From assembly GCA_018335855.1 (NCBI GenBank), contig JAGXRM010000060.1, positions 79,418 through 143,417 of the forward strand: a DNA stretch of 64,000 nt, read 5' to 3'. This DNA is from Clostridiales bacterium (GTDB taxonomy: Bacteria > Bacillota > Dethiobacteria > Dethiobacterales > Dethiobacteraceae). Below, in pieces: positions 27,206 through 37,473 of the stretch. Both the position numbers and the translations under genes were made by a program. Position 1 is the stretch's first letter; each line of letters begins with the position of its first letter. Under the pieces are notes generated by a model. It did no database searches, was not told the origin of the DNA, and saw nothing but the letters and a program-made list of their open reading frames with translations.

Positions 27206-28880
27206 GCTTTTTCACCTCCCGGATAATCTCTTTGGCCAGGAACGGCCGTCCGTCATATTTAAGAACTTTGTGATCTGTGGACAGCCCTGTTTCACGGCGC
27301 AGGAGTCCGGCAAACTGACCGGTGGCGTTATTCTCCACACAGAAGCTTACTTTGGCCTGCGGCAGAAGTTTATTCACCGCGGCTACAGGCAGTGGCCAGA
27401 TATCGGTGAACTGGAGTAAGGTTACCTTTAGCCCTTCGTCCTGTAAAATATCAACCGCTTCCCGCAAAGCCCCATATGTTGATCCCCAGCCAAGCAGGAG
27501 GATGTTACCACTGTCATGGCCGTATATTATGGGTTCATCCATTTCGTCAGCCAGCGGCACCATCTTCTGCAGCCTTTTATCCATCATATTTTTACGGGTG
27601 ACTGCATTTTCGATGATATTACCGTTTTCATCGTGTTCGTCACTGTCAGAGAGAACTGTCTCGCCGGGGAACTGGCCGGGCAGGGCCCGGGGCGAGATGC
27701 CGTCGCGGGAGTAACGATAGCGCAGATAAGGGCGTTCCAGGTTTTCTACATTCACAAGGTGACGGTTATAGCGCAGGTTGGTAAAATCATAGGGTTCGAT
27801 GGAGCGGGCGGTATCGCCAAAATTTTGGTCGGAGAGAAAAAGTACGGGAATTTGATATTTTTCCGCCAGATCAAATGCTTTATTAAGACGGTAAAAAGCA
27901 TCTTCCAGAACGGTAGCGCAAAGTATTGCCCGTGGGAACTCTCCGTGGCCTGCGTGGAGAGCGAAATCAAGATCTCCTTGTTCTGTCCGGGTGGGAAGGC
28001 CTGTAGCTGGCCCGGGACGCATGCCGATGATGATAACGACCGGAGTTTCTGTCATCCCCGCCAGCGATAGCCCTTCTACCATCAGTGAGAAGCCGCCGCC
28101 GGATGTGCATGTCATCACCCTTGCGCCGGCGTAGGAGGCGCCAAGGACCATGTTGATTGCAGAAATCTCGTCTTCAGCCTGCTCCACAACTATATCTAAT
28201 TGATCCTGTTTACCGGCCATATAAGCCATAATTCCCGTTGCCGGTGTCATCGGGTACGCGGACAGGAAGTTGCATCCGCTGGCTAATGCAGACAAGCCTA
28301 ATGCTTCATTTCCTGCTAAAAACAAGTGTTTGCCGGTATTCGTTGCCGGAGGCATTGAGAAACATGAGTCACGTTCTACATTTTTCAGGCCTGCGGCCAA
28401 AGCAGCGGAGTTTTGGGCAGCCGTTTTCTCATCAAACATTTCCCTGAGCAGTTCATCTGCCTGTAAAGTACTGGTGTTCATCAATGACAGCGCGGCACCA
28501 ACAGCTACTGTGTTGGACATGATTTTGCCCCCCGCTTCTTTGGCCAGTGTTTGCAGGGGAACGGGGACACCTCTTTTTTCAACTTCAGGAAGAGCGAACA
28601 TATCGGAGTCGAAAATAATCCGCCCTGCTGTTACTACTGATTCCCGGTGGATTTCATAGGTTTCTTCATTGAGTGCAATCAGAATATCAATTTCTTCAGC
28701 GGGAGCAAACGGTGTCTTTGATTCGACCCGGAGTTTTGTGAAATTATGGCCGCCTCTGACCCGGGACATATAATCTTTGGCGGTTAAAACGCCATAACCT
28801 TCACGCACCAGAGCTTTGCCAAGCAAATAGGCAATGGTATCCATTCCCTGACCGGCAGCACCGCCAATAAGTATGTTCAT
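27198..28880 (-). CDS. 2-oxoacid:ferredoxin oxidoreductase, alpha subunit (fused gamma-alpha)
   Basis: N-terminal gamma-type IGGAAGQGMDT followed by GNEALGLSALASGCNFLSAYPMTPAT. The ATG at 28880 lies 7 nt after GGAGG. The 3' end overlaps the beta gene by 8 nt. Confidence 0.9.
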   Translation of the reverse strand: MNILIGGAAGQGMDTIAYLLGKALVREGYGVLTAKDYMSRVRGGHNFTKLRVESKTPFAPAEEIDILIALNEETYEIHRESVVTAGRIIFDSDMFALPEVEKRGVPVPLQTLAKEAGGKIMSNTVAVGAALSLMNTSTLQADELLREMFDEKTAAQNSAALAAGLKNVERDSCFSMPPATNTGKHLFLAGNEALGLSALASGCNFLSAYPMTPATGIMAYMAGKQDQLDIVVEQAEDEISAINMVLGASYAGARVMTCTSGGGFSLMVEGLSLAGMTETPVVIIIGMRPGPATGLPTRTEQGDLDFALHAGHGEFPRAILCATVLEDAFYRLNKAFDLAEKYQIPVLFLSDQNFGDTARSIEPYDFTNLRYNRHLVNVENLERPYLRYRYSRDGISPRALPGQFPGETVLSDSDEHDENGNIIENAVTRKNMMDKRLQKMVPLADEMDEPIIYGHDSGNILLLGWGSTYGALREAVDILQDEGLKVTLLQFTDIWPLPVAAVNKLLPQAKVSFCVENNATGQFAGLLRRETGLSTDHKVLKYDGRPFLAKEIIREVKKHV

Positions 28881-29138
28881 GGTCAAACCTCCTCTAAGAT
28901 AATTTAAGAATCATTTTCCAATATAGTATAACTTCGGCCGTACAAGATTATTTCCTTTCTCTTATATGGGTGAAGATGGCAATTTTGTTTCCAAATAGAC
29001 AAATTTTACGATAATTAATAGATATTTAAAAGGTTTTTTGGAAATGTTGTCGAATTTATGTAAAGTGATTTTCGGTGATTTTTCATGTTTTGTTAATTAT
29101 ATTCTGCCTGCTGGCACGGATTGGAGTGACCTGACAGC

Positions 29139-29828
29139 ATGATTGAAGTACAACAGGTATCGATGGTCTATCCCAACGGCGTCAACGCCCTGGAACAGAT
29201 TAATATATGTATAGAGCGCGGCGAGTTTGTTTTTGTTGTGGGAGAAAGCGGTGCCGGTAAGTCTACGTTGATTCGTTTAATCTGCCGGGAGTACTTGCCC
29301 AGTAAGGGAAGTATTAAAATCCACGGCCGTGATATTACCCGTTTGAAGAGACGGGAAGTTCCCTTGTTACGCAGAAATATTGGTGTGGTTTTTCAGGATT
29401 TCCGCCTGTTAAATAACAGGACGGTTTTCGACAATGTGGCGTTCGCCATGCAGGTCATCGGCTCCACTGGCAGGGATGTACGCAAGCGGGTTCCGGAAGC
29501 GTTAGAATTGGTGGGGTTGACTGGGAAAGCAAAGATGAAGCCGCTGGAGCTTTCCGGCGGAGAACAGCAGCGTGTTTGTCTGGCCAGAGCCATTGTTAAC
29601 CAACCGGCACTGATTATTGCCGATGAGCCCACGGGTAACCTGGACCCCAAAACGTCTATGGGAATTATGGACGCTTTAAAAAATATTAACATCAGAGGTA
29701 CTACAATTATTATGGCTACTCATGCTAAAGAAATTGTGGATACGATGCGCCAGCGGGTGGTTGTTTTAGAAGGCGGTAAGCTTGTCCGTGATGAGCGGAG
29801 AGGGGAATATACTCATCATGGCTGTTAG
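29139..29828 (+). CDS. ftsE: Cell-division ABC ATPase FtsE
   Basis: [17 protein letters not shown] and ADEPTGNLD motifs. The gene is followed by ftsX. Confidence 0.93.
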   Translation: MIEVQQVSMVYPNGVNALEQINICIERGEFVFVVGESGAGKSTLIRLICREYLPSKGSIKIHGRDITRLKRREVPLLRRNIGVVFQDFRLLNNRTVFDNVAFAMQVIGSTGRDVRKRVPEALELVGLTGKAKMKPLELSGGEQQRVCLARAIVNQPALIIADEPTGNLDPKTSMGIMDALKNINIRGTTIIMATHAKEIVDTMRQRVVVLEGGKLVRDERRGEYTHHGC

Positions 29829-30702
29829 AAACTGGGTGTACTACATAAAAGAAGCCTTCCGCAGTGTTGTCCGCAATGGCTGGATGAGTTTCGCCTCCGT
29901 TGGTGTGGTAACGGTAACATTGTTTATTCTGGGCAGTTTCATGCTCTTAAATATTAATGTGGAGCACTTGACCAGCGAAATTAAAAATCAGGTAGAGATT
30001 ATTGCGTATGTAGATGAAGTACTTACCCGCGATGAGGTGGACGATCTTCGCGTTTCTCTGATTCAGATGGTGAAAGTGGAAGAGGTGCGCTTCGTTTCCA
30101 AGGAAGATGCGCTGGTCCGCTTACAGGAGCAATTGGGAGAACTGGTGGAAGGGTATAGTGAAGAGGGCAGAAACCCGCTGCGTGATTCCTTTGAAATCAG
30201 AACGATTATCCCTGAGGATATTCCTGAGGTAGCCGCATCACTCCAGGCTATGACCGGCATTGCCCGGGTTGATTATGGAACTGATGTGGTGGAGAAGTTG
30301 TTTCGCTTTACCGGTGCGGTGCAGTGGGTTGGCCTGGCTTTTATGCTGGGATTGGCGCTGACGGCAATGTTCTTAATCGCCAACACAATTAAGCTCACTG
30401 TAAACGCCCGCTCCAGAGAAATTATGATTATGAAATACGTGGGAGCGACAGAATGGTTTATCCGTTGGCCGTTTCTCATTGAAGGATTGTTCCTTGGCGC
30501 CATCGGTGCGTTAATTCCTGTACTAATATTATCTTACCTTTACGGAGAAACGGTGGCTTGGGCGCAGCTGAACCTTTATTTTCTGCCATTGGTATCACCG
30601 GAGACCATTATTCAACAGATGTCCAAGACACTGCTTATATTGGGAACCGTCATCGGAGGGCTGGGCAGCCTGATTTCCATTAGACGTTTCCTAAAAGTAT
30701 AA
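29818..30702 (+). CDS. ftsX: Cell-division permease-like protein FtsX
   Basis: [16 protein letters not shown]..., 4 TM helices and REIMIMKYVGAT. The start overlaps ftsE by 11 nt. Confidence 0.9.
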   Translation: MAVRNWVYYIKEAFRSVVRNGWMSFASVGVVTVTLFILGSFMLLNINVEHLTSEIKNQVEIIAYVDEVLTRDEVDDLRVSLIQMVKVEEVRFVSKEDALVRLQEQLGELVEGYSEEGRNPLRDSFEIRTIIPEDIPEVAASLQAMTGIARVDYGTDVVEKLFRFTGAVQWVGLAFMLGLALTAMFLIANTIKLTVNARSREIMIMKYVGATEWFIRWPFLIEGLFLGAIGALIPVLILSYLYGETVAWAQLNLYFLPLVSPETIIQQMSKTLLILGTVIGGLGSLISIRRFLKV

Positions 30703-30718
30703 CTGCGGGAGGGATTAT

Positions 30719-31903
30719 ATGTCGACGAGGAAGAAGGGTTTGGTACTGTTTCTGGTGTTCCTGTTATTGACCGCCGGAATTTTCCCTGCCTTTGCTAACC
30801 AGATCGATGAGAAGAAGGGTGAATTAGGAGCTGTTAAGGAAGACTTAAAATCGGTCCAGGATGAATTAAAAGGTAGCAAGGCGAAAGAGTCCACAATCCA
30901 GAGAGACATTCGCCTGCTTGAAAATGATATCTATAGAGTCCAGGCAGAAATCCGTGCTTTGGGACAAAAAGTCAGCACAACGGAAAATGAAATTGCGGAA
31001 GCAGAAGCAGAATTGGCCGACGCCGAGGAACGGATTGGAGAGATGGACAAGCTGTTGGCCGTCCGTTTGCGCGCCATCTATGAAAACGGGCAGGTCAGCT
31101 ATTTGGACGTACTCTTTGCCAGTGCTTCATTTACCGAATTTCTTACCCGCTACAACGATTTACAGTTAATTATTGCCGAAGATAGAGAACTGCTCATTCG
31201 TTTTCAGGGTGAACGGGAACAAATACTGGCGATGAAGAATCGACTGGAAGACCGCCGGCAAGATCTATTGGGAATGCGCAGGGATAGCCTGGCGAAGAAG
31301 CAGGAGCTAGAGGGCAAGACAAAAGAGCGGGCCCGACTGTTGGTTGCTGTCCGCAACGAAATTGATGCCCAGGAAGATGCCATTAAAAAGCTTGAAGCGG
31401 AAGCAAAGAAAATTGAAGCTATTATTAAGGCATTGCAAGCCGCACAAAAAACCGGGTATCGTGGCACCGGTCAGTACAATTGGCCAGTGCCTGATTACGG
31501 CCCCAGTTGGATTACTTCAGGATACGGTTATCGTGTACATCCGATTACCAGACGGCCAGGCACCTTTCACGGCGGCATTGATATCGGTATTCCGCACGTT
31601 AACTGGGCAGGCTCCCGCTCCTTTAGCGGCAATCCGGCGGAAGTTGTGGCTGCAGATACAGGAACAGCCCACGTCTACAGAATGGGCAGCGGCTATGGAA
31701 ACCTGATTATTATAGACCATGGCGGTGGAATCGCTACCGTATATGCCCATCTTCACAGATTCCTTATAGCAGACAAACAGGAAGTGGTACGTGGACAAGC
31801 TATTGCCCATGTGGGTTCTACCGGTGCTTCCACCGGACCACACCTTCACTTTGAAGTTCGAATTAACGGAGAAAGAAAAAACCCGTTGGACTATGTACGT
31901 TAA
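30719..31903 (+). CDS. Coiled-coil M23 (LytM) peptidase / EnvC-like murein hydrolase activator
   Basis: Signal peptide, about 220 aa of coiled coil, then M23 motifs HGGIDI...GSTGASTGPHLHFEV. Confidence 0.9.
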   Translation: MSTRKKGLVLFLVFLLLTAGIFPAFANQIDEKKGELGAVKEDLKSVQDELKGSKAKESTIQRDIRLLENDIYRVQAEIRALGQKVSTTENEIAEAEAELADAEERIGEMDKLLAVRLRAIYENGQVSYLDVLFASASFTEFLTRYNDLQLIIAEDRELLIRFQGEREQILAMKNRLEDRRQDLLGMRRDSLAKKQELEGKTKERARLLVAVRNEIDAQEDAIKKLEAEAKKIEAIIKALQAAQKTGYRGTGQYNWPVPDYGPSWITSGYGYRVHPITRRPGTFHGGIDIGIPHVNWAGSRSFSGNPAEVVAADTGTAHVYRMGSGYGNLIIIDHGGGIATVYAHLHRFLIADKQEVVRGQAIAHVGSTGASTGPHLHFEVRINGERKNPLDYVR

Positions 31904-31946
31904 CAGGCTAACGCACTTAACTGTCACGTGTATTCGTGTCTTTGTA

Positions 31947-31981
31947 AAAGCCCGGTATTCGAAACCGGGCCTTTTTTTTTA
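31947..31981 (+). terminator. Intrinsic terminator after the M23 gene
   Basis: GCCCGGT-attcgaa-ACCGGGC followed by T9. Confidence 0.85.
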
Positions 31982-32067
31982 AATAAAAGAAGGGGGAAAA
32001 CACCTGTAGATTCTTCTATCAAATACGTTTATAATGATTATTAGTGACAATTAAACTCGGCTGAAAG

Positions 32068-33504
32068 TTGGTGTTCTATTCCGTGAAAAAAGGAACAATT
32101 TTGACACTGGTTCTCGTTTTGCTGTTCAGCAACGCGGTCACATACCGGGCGACCAGAAATGCTTATCGTTGGAGGGTGACCCCTCCTTCTTCTTCGCAAC
32201 CCAGGGATAACGGTAACGCTCAAAGGGAAGAATTAGCTCCGTTTATTGAAGCGCTGGATATCATCAGCGAACGATATCTGGAGGAAGTCTCTGTGGATGA
32301 TTTAATCAGCGCGGCAATTCGAGGCATGATTGATACCCTCGATGACCCGCAGACCAGCTTCCTTGATCCGACCCACTGGGAAGAGATGATGATTAAAATT
32401 GATGGTTCATTCTCCGGCATCGGAATTGAGATAACCTCGGAGAACGGCTTTATCACCATTATCGCCCCCATTAAAAATACGCCGGGCGAACGGGCGGGGC
32501 TGCTGGCCGGTGACCGCATCGTGGAAGTGGACGGGGAAGATATTATCGGTATCAGCACCATGGAAGCCGTAAAGCTGATGCGCGGCCCTGTCGGCACAAA
32601 AGTCATATTGACCGTAGAACGGGAAAAGGTAGCGGAGCAACTGACCTTTGAAATCGTTCGCGGTAATATCATATTGCCCAGCGTGAATCCGAAAATGCTG
32701 GAAAATAAAATTGGTTATATTGAAATTACCACTTTTGATGACCATACCGGTGAAGATTTCCGTATAGCTTTAATGGAGCTGGAGAACGAAGGAATGGCGG
32801 GACTTGTTCTCGACTTACGCAACAATCCGGGTGGTCTGCTTAGTGAAGCGATTAAAATTGGACAGGAATTGCTTCCTGCCGGACCGATTACCCATGTGGT
32901 AGACCGGGATGGAAAAATAATGAACACTTACAGTTCCTACGGTGTGGAAAAAACGTATCCCATCGTTCTGTTAGTAAACGGTGCCAGCGCCTCTGCGTCG
33001 GAGATTATTGCCGGTGCGTTTCAGGACAGTGGTGCCGGCACATTGATTGGCACAAAAACGTACGGTAAGGCAACGGTACAGCATCTGGAAGGCCTGTCTA
33101 ACAGTGCCGGACTGCGCTACACCGTAGCTAAGTACCAGACTCCCAAAGGTCGGGATATTCATGAAGTGGGCCTGGAACCGGATATTGTAGTAGAGTTGCC
33201 TGAAATATTCTTTATGAGTTACCACCCGATTACCGGAGATTTACAACGGGGTGATGAAAGCAGCGGTGTTATTATCCTGCAGAGGATGCTGGCAGCTTTA
33301 GATTATAAGGTGGCAGATACAGGTGTATTTGACAGTGCGACCGAAACAGCGGTAAAATCATTTCAGTCTGCACACGGCCTGACGGTGACGGGAAGCGTCA
33401 ATCTGGCCACACGGACCAAGCTGCAGGAAGAAATAAAAATACTCCTGGAAGAATCGGATACACAACTGCAGAAAGCGGTGGAAGTTATTCTGGGAAAGAT
33501 GTAA
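32068..33504 (+). CDS. S41 carboxy-terminal processing protease with PDZ and C-terminal peptidoglycan-binding domain
   Basis: GIGIE...PGERAGL PDZ region, LDLRNNPGG, GASASASEI (catalytic Ser) and a PG_binding_1-like tail (LQRMLAALDY...FQSAHGLTVTG). The start codon is uncertain. Confidence 0.9.
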   Translation: MVFYSVKKGTILTLVLVLLFSNAVTYRATRNAYRWRVTPPSSSQPRDNGNAQREELAPFIEALDIISERYLEEVSVDDLISAAIRGMIDTLDDPQTSFLDPTHWEEMMIKIDGSFSGIGIEITSENGFITIIAPIKNTPGERAGLLAGDRIVEVDGEDIIGISTMEAVKLMRGPVGTKVILTVEREKVAEQLTFEIVRGNIILPSVNPKMLENKIGYIEITTFDDHTGEDFRIALMELENEGMAGLVLDLRNNPGGLLSEAIKIGQELLPAGPITHVVDRDGKIMNTYSSYGVEKTYPIVLLVNGASASASEIIAGAFQDSGAGTLIGTKTYGKATVQHLEGLSNSAGLRYTVAKYQTPKGRDIHEVGLEPDIVVELPEIFFMSYHPITGDLQRGDESSGVIILQRMLAALDYKVADTGVFDSATETAVKSFQSAHGLTVTGSVNLATRTKLQEEIKILLEESDTQLQKAVEVILGKM

Positions 33505-33516
33505 AGGGGTAATCCA

Positions 33517-34800
33517 ATGGAACTCGCTTCGTTTGTGCGCCTGTTCCTGGAAACGTATTTTATTTTTCCAGTTAATTTATTGTTTTGGCTTGTCATCATT
33601 CTTGTTACAATGCAGTACAGACGGATGGCCAAAACAGAAGTCCAGTTACTGGGGAGACCCAAATACTCCTTTTGGCGGCAAACTGGCTACTCGATACTTT
33701 TTGGCCTTACCGGCGGCTTGATCGCCAGCATACTGCTGGTCCTCTTCGGCATTTCACTGACGGAAATCGGTATCATTTATGTTTGGCCGCTGGCCATTTT
33801 GCTTTTGCTTGTCCATCCCCGTTATCTTTGTTTCGCCTATGCTGGCGGTTTAGTCGGGGCGTTTTCTGCTACTATTCAATTGCTTGGCAATTTCTGGCCC
33901 GCGATTATTACCGGCCTGCTGGCCGACATCGCTGCTATCCATATTCCCGGGCTTTTGGCGTTAATCGGCATTCTCCACCTTACAGAAAGCTTTTTAATTG
34001 CTGTTAGCGGCCATCTTTTTGCCAGCCCGCTGTTTTTAAAAACTGAGAATGGGGTCGTCGGTGGGTTCTCTTTACAAAAGTTCTGGCCCCTTCCATTGGT
34101 GGGCTTAATTGCCACCGTCGTTCCGGAAGTAGCGGCGCAAGCAGCAGCGGCTGTGCAAATGCCTGATTGGTGGCCGCTGTTTGCCAGCGCTACCACGCCG
34201 GGTACTGGACAGACATTAATGTATGTGCTGCTACCCATTGTGGCCGGTTTGGGTTACGGAGACCTTGCCGTCTCCTCTACGCCGCGGAAGAAAAGCAAAT
34301 CATCAGCACTTAACCTGGCTGCCTATAGCGTGATTTTAATAGCTGCGGCCTTCCTTGCGTTTCGCTTCCCGATTATCACGATTCCTGCCGCTTTGTTCGC
34401 TCCGGTTGGCCATGAATTATTAATTATCTTCGGCAACAAAAAAGAGTTCTCGGGAAAGCCGTTATATATGGCTCCGGTCACCGGAGTTCAGGTGTTAGAC
34501 CTTTTTCCCCAGTCTCCCGCCTTAAAGGCGGGGCTTCGCTCAGGGGATATTATTCTCGCCGTTAACGGGATACCCGTTGAAAATTCTCTTGTTTTTAATA
34601 CACTGATACGCTCGGTACCTTTTATAGGCCTGGATGTTGAGCGAGACGGCCAGAATCATACCATAAAATTTAATAAAACAGGTGATGCTGGCATTATTCT
34701 TACCCCTGACGGTTATGTGCCGGGATATGTACAGGTCAAGCACCATCACTTCTTTTCTGCTCTGGCGGAGAAGCTGCAAAAGAAGGTACGTCATACCTAG
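33517..34800 (+). CDS. Polytopic membrane protein with C-terminal PDZ domain
   Basis: About 8 hydrophobic helices followed by the PDZ-like segment SPALKAGLRSGDIILAVNG. No HExxH motif is seen. Confidence 0.7.
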   Translation: MELASFVRLFLETYFIFPVNLLFWLVIILVTMQYRRMAKTEVQLLGRPKYSFWRQTGYSILFGLTGGLIASILLVLFGISLTEIGIIYVWPLAILLLLVHPRYLCFAYAGGLVGAFSATIQLLGNFWPAIITGLLADIAAIHIPGLLALIGILHLTESFLIAVSGHLFASPLFLKTENGVVGGFSLQKFWPLPLVGLIATVVPEVAAQAAAAVQMPDWWPLFASATTPGTGQTLMYVLLPIVAGLGYGDLAVSSTPRKKSKSSALNLAAYSVILIAAAFLAFRFPIITIPAALFAPVGHELLIIFGNKKEFSGKPLYMAPVTGVQVLDLFPQSPALKAGLRSGDIILAVNGIPVENSLVFNTLIRSVPFIGLDVERDGQNHTIKFNKTGDAGIILTPDGYVPGYVQVKHHHFFSALAEKLQKKVRHT

Positions 34801-34840
34801 CCGGACTTTGGGTAAAATAAGTCTGAAGGGCGGTGCCGTT

Positions 34841-35059
34841 GTGAGTGAAGAAAACAGCAATATTCAAAAGAAGGAGCTGGAACAGGCCATTACCCAGGCC
34901 CTGGACGCATTGACCAGGGCTCAGCAGTTGATACGGGCTGATTTGGCTTTAAGTGAACGTGCAGAATTGAAAAATGAACAGACATCGGGGGAAACGGAAG
35001 AGGAAAACGATGGTAATATTCCTCCCTGGCTACTGGGGAAACCTCCAAGGCTGCAGTAG
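34841..35059 (+). CDS. Candidate small acidic coiled-coil protein (72 aa)
   Basis: GTG follows GAAGGGCGG. This is the part of ORF 34682..35059 that lies downstream of the preceding gene's stop. No family recognised. Confidence 0.3.
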   Translation: MSEENSNIQKKELEQAITQALDALTRAQQLIRADLALSERAELKNEQTSGETEEENDGNIPPWLLGKPPRLQ

Positions 35060-35116
35060 AAAATGCGACCGGGAATTTTTAGTTGACAACGGTTTTGGCA
35101 TGTGTTACCCTGATTT

Positions 35117-35145
35117 TTGACATAAAGCAGTAAATATATTACAAT
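35117..35145 (+). promoter_or_regulatory. Near-consensus SigA promoter (TTGACA-N17-TACAAT)
   Basis: Read directly. It lies 41 nt upstream of the ATG at 35186. Confidence 0.6.
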
Positions 35146-35154
35146 AATAGTATA

Positions 35155-35171
35155 GTTTAACTCTGTTAAAC
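35155..35171 (+). promoter_or_regulatory. Palindromic candidate operator GTTTAAC-tct-GTTAAAC
   Basis: Perfect 7-bp inverted repeat between the -10 box and the RBS of the RHH-like ORF. Confidence 0.4.
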
Positions 35172-35185
35172 AGGGGGTGTTTCTT

Positions 35186-35347
35186 ATGAGTAAAAGAAAA
35201 ACAAAAGTCATTGGTTTTTCGGTGCAACCGGAAATGTATGAAGAAATTTTACGGTATGCACAAAAAGAAAATAAATCAAAGAGTGAGTTGTTTCTCACGT
35301 TCTTCGTTTTGAAGACTTGCTGTTGCAAGACCCGAAGGTTGAACTAA
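35186..35347 (+). CDS. Unannotated 53-aa ribbon-helix-helix (CopG/Arc-like) protein
   Basis: MSKRKTKVIGFSVQPEMYEEILRYAQKENKSKSELF shows a basic N-tail, a beta-strand and two helices. It has a GGGGG RBS, its own promoter and its own terminator. It is below the track size cutoff. Confidence 0.55.
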   Translation: MSKRKTKVIGFSVQPEMYEEILRYAQKENKSKSELFLTFFVLKTCCCKTRRLN

Positions 35348-35362
35348 GGTGAAAAAATGTAA

Positions 35363-35393
35363 TGTGTCTTTAAAGAGACGCGTTTTTTTTTTT
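35363..35393 (+). terminator. Probable intrinsic terminator
   Basis: Short GTGTCT/AGACGC hairpin followed by T11. Confidence 0.5.
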
Positions 35394-35469
35394 GACAAAA
35401 AAGCGTGGCTAATGTGATATAATAATTATGTTTACTATTTAGTAGTGTTTGCGAGACAAGGAGAGCGTT

Positions 35470-37473
35470 ATGGGAGAGTTTAAAGTTTACAGTGATTTTG
35501 AACCCTGCGGTGATCAGCCCAAAGCGATTAACCAGTTAGTGGATGGTTTGAGCAAAGGACACAGGCATCAGACATTGCTGGGTGCGACCGGTTCGGGTAA
35601 AACCTTTACCATGGCCAAAGTTATTGAGCGGGTGCAGCGGCCAACGCTGATCATTGCCCATAATAAGACGCTGGCAGCTCAGCTTTGCGGTGAGTTTCGG
35701 GAATTTTTCCCGGAGAATGCGGTGGAGTATTTTGTCAGCTATTATGATTATTATCAGCCGGAAGCGTATATCCCGCAGTCGGATACCTATATTGAAAAAG
35801 ATTCATCCATCAACGATGAGATTGATAAGCTGCGCCACTCGGCCACCAGTGCATTGTTTGAGCGGCGGGATGTTGTGATTGTGGCCAGCGTTTCCTGTAT
35901 TTACGGTTTGGGCTCTCCGGATGAATACCGTGACCATGTGGTTTCTCTGAGGGTGGGCATGGAGAAGAGCAGGGATGAAGTGGTGAAACAACTGGTAGCC
36001 AACCAGTATGACCGCAATGATATGCAACTGGAGCGGAACCGCTTCCGTGTTCGCGGCGATGTGTTGGAGATATATCCCTCGTCATCCACAGAAAAAGCGG
36101 TCCGGGTAGAATTTTTTGGTGATGAGATTGAGCGAATCCGCGAGATAGATACGCTGACCGGGGAAATTCTCGGTGAAAGAAAGCATATTGCTATTTTCCC
36201 GGCATCCCACTTTGTTACATCCCGGGAAACGCTGCTGGAAGCCATGGGTGATATCCGACTGGAGCTAGACGACCGTCTCCGGGACTTACGCTCCCGGGAC
36301 CGTCTGCTGGAAGCGCAGCGACTGGAGCAGCGGACTAAATATGACCTGGAAATGATGGAGGAGATTGGTTTCTGTACGGGGATTGAAAACTACTCCCGGC
36401 ACCTGGACAGAAGGCCGCCGGGTAGCCGTCCGTCTACGCTGATTGACTATTTTCCCAAAGATTTTTTGCTGTTGGTTGACGAATCCCATGTAACGCTGCC
36501 CCAGGTGCGGGGGATGTACGCCGGAGACCGTTCCCGTAAGGAGACGCTGGTGGAACACGGGTTCCGGCTACCATCGGCACTGGACAACAGGCCACTCCAG
36601 TTTCATGAGTTTGAAACACTGGTGAAGCAGGCGGTGTATGTTTCCGCCACGCCCGGCCCATACGAATTGGAGCACAGCACACAGGTGGTGGAACAGATTA
36701 TCCGTCCTACCGGCTTGGTGGATCCGGAGATTTATATCCGTCCGATTAAAGGGCAAATTGATGACCTCTACGGGGAAATACGCCTGCGGGTGGAAAAAAA
36801 TGAACGGATACTGGTGACCACGCTGACGAAACGGATGGCGGAGGATTTGACGGACTACTTTAAAGAGTTGGGCGTCCGGGTGCGATACCTGCATTCTGAG
36901 ATTAATACGCTGGAGCGGATGGAAATTATCCGTGACTTGCGGTTGGGTGAGTTTGATGTCCTTGTAGGTATTAACCTGCTGCGGGAAGGATTAGACTTGC
37001 CGGAAGTGTCACTGGTGGCCATTTTAGATGCTGATAAAGAAGGGTTCCTGCGTGCAGAGCGTTCGCTGATTCAAACGATTGGCCGCGCGGCCCGTCATGT
37101 GCACGGGACGGTTTTAATGTATGCCGATAAGATGACCGATTCCATGCAGCGCGCTATTGACGAGACGAACCGCCGGCGCACGGTACAGGTAGAACATAAC
37201 CGCGCTCACAGCATTACGCCGACAACAATCATTAAGGCCGTGCGCTCTGTTATTGAGGCGACAAAAGTAGCCGAAGAGGCGCCCCGTTATGTGGGGCAGG
37301 ATAGAATCAAAGAATTAAGCCCGACGGAGAAAAAGAAAATGATTGCCGGGTGGGAAAAGGAAATGAAAAAAGCGGCGCGGGAGCTTGATTTTGAGCGCGC
37401 TGCCCAAATGCGTGACTTCATCTATGAACTGCGCAAGACGAAAACGGAGGAAATAAGCCATGGAGCCGGATAA
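35470..37473 (+). CDS. uvrB: Excinuclease ABC subunit B
   Basis: [21 protein letters not shown], beta-hairpin region [10 protein letters not shown] and a C-terminal UVR domain. Confidence 0.98.
   Translation: MGEFKVYSDFEPCGDQPKAINQLVDGLSKGHRHQTLLGATGSGKTFTMAKVIERVQRPTLIIAHNKTLAAQLCGEFREFFPENAVEYFVSYYDYYQPEAYIPQSDTYIEKDSSINDEIDKLRHSATSALFERRDVVIVASVSCIYGLGSPDEYRDHVVSLRVGMEKSRDEVVKQLVANQYDRNDMQLERNRFRVRGDVLEIYPSSSTEKAVRVEFFGDEIERIREIDTLTGEILGERKHIAIFPASHFVTSRETLLEAMGDIRLELDDRLRDLRSRDRLLEAQRLEQRTKYDLEMMEEIGFCTGIENYSRHLDRRPPGSRPSTLIDYFPKDFLLLVDESHVTLPQVRGMYAGDRSRKETLVEHGFRLPSALDNRPLQFHEFETLVKQAVYVSATPGPYELEHSTQVVEQIIRPTGLVDPEIYIRPIKGQIDDLYGEIRLRVEKNERILVTTLTKRMAEDLTDYFKELGVRVRYLHSEINTLERMEIIRDLRLGEFDVLVGINLLREGLDLPEVSLVAILDADKEGFLRAERSLIQTIGRAARHVHGTVLMYADKMTDSMQRAIDETNRRRTVQVEHNRAHSITPTTIIKAVRSVIEATKVAEEAPRYVGQDRIKELSPTEKKKMIAGWEKEMKKAARELDFERAAQMRDFIYELRKTKTEEISHGAG

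Noticed and set aside
29112-29127. TGGCACGGATTGGAGT upstream of ftsE as a sigma-54 promoter
   Set aside because: The -24 box is good, but there is no TTGC at the required spacing (TTGG occurs two bases too early). It lies only 12 nt from the ATG and overlaps the RBS.
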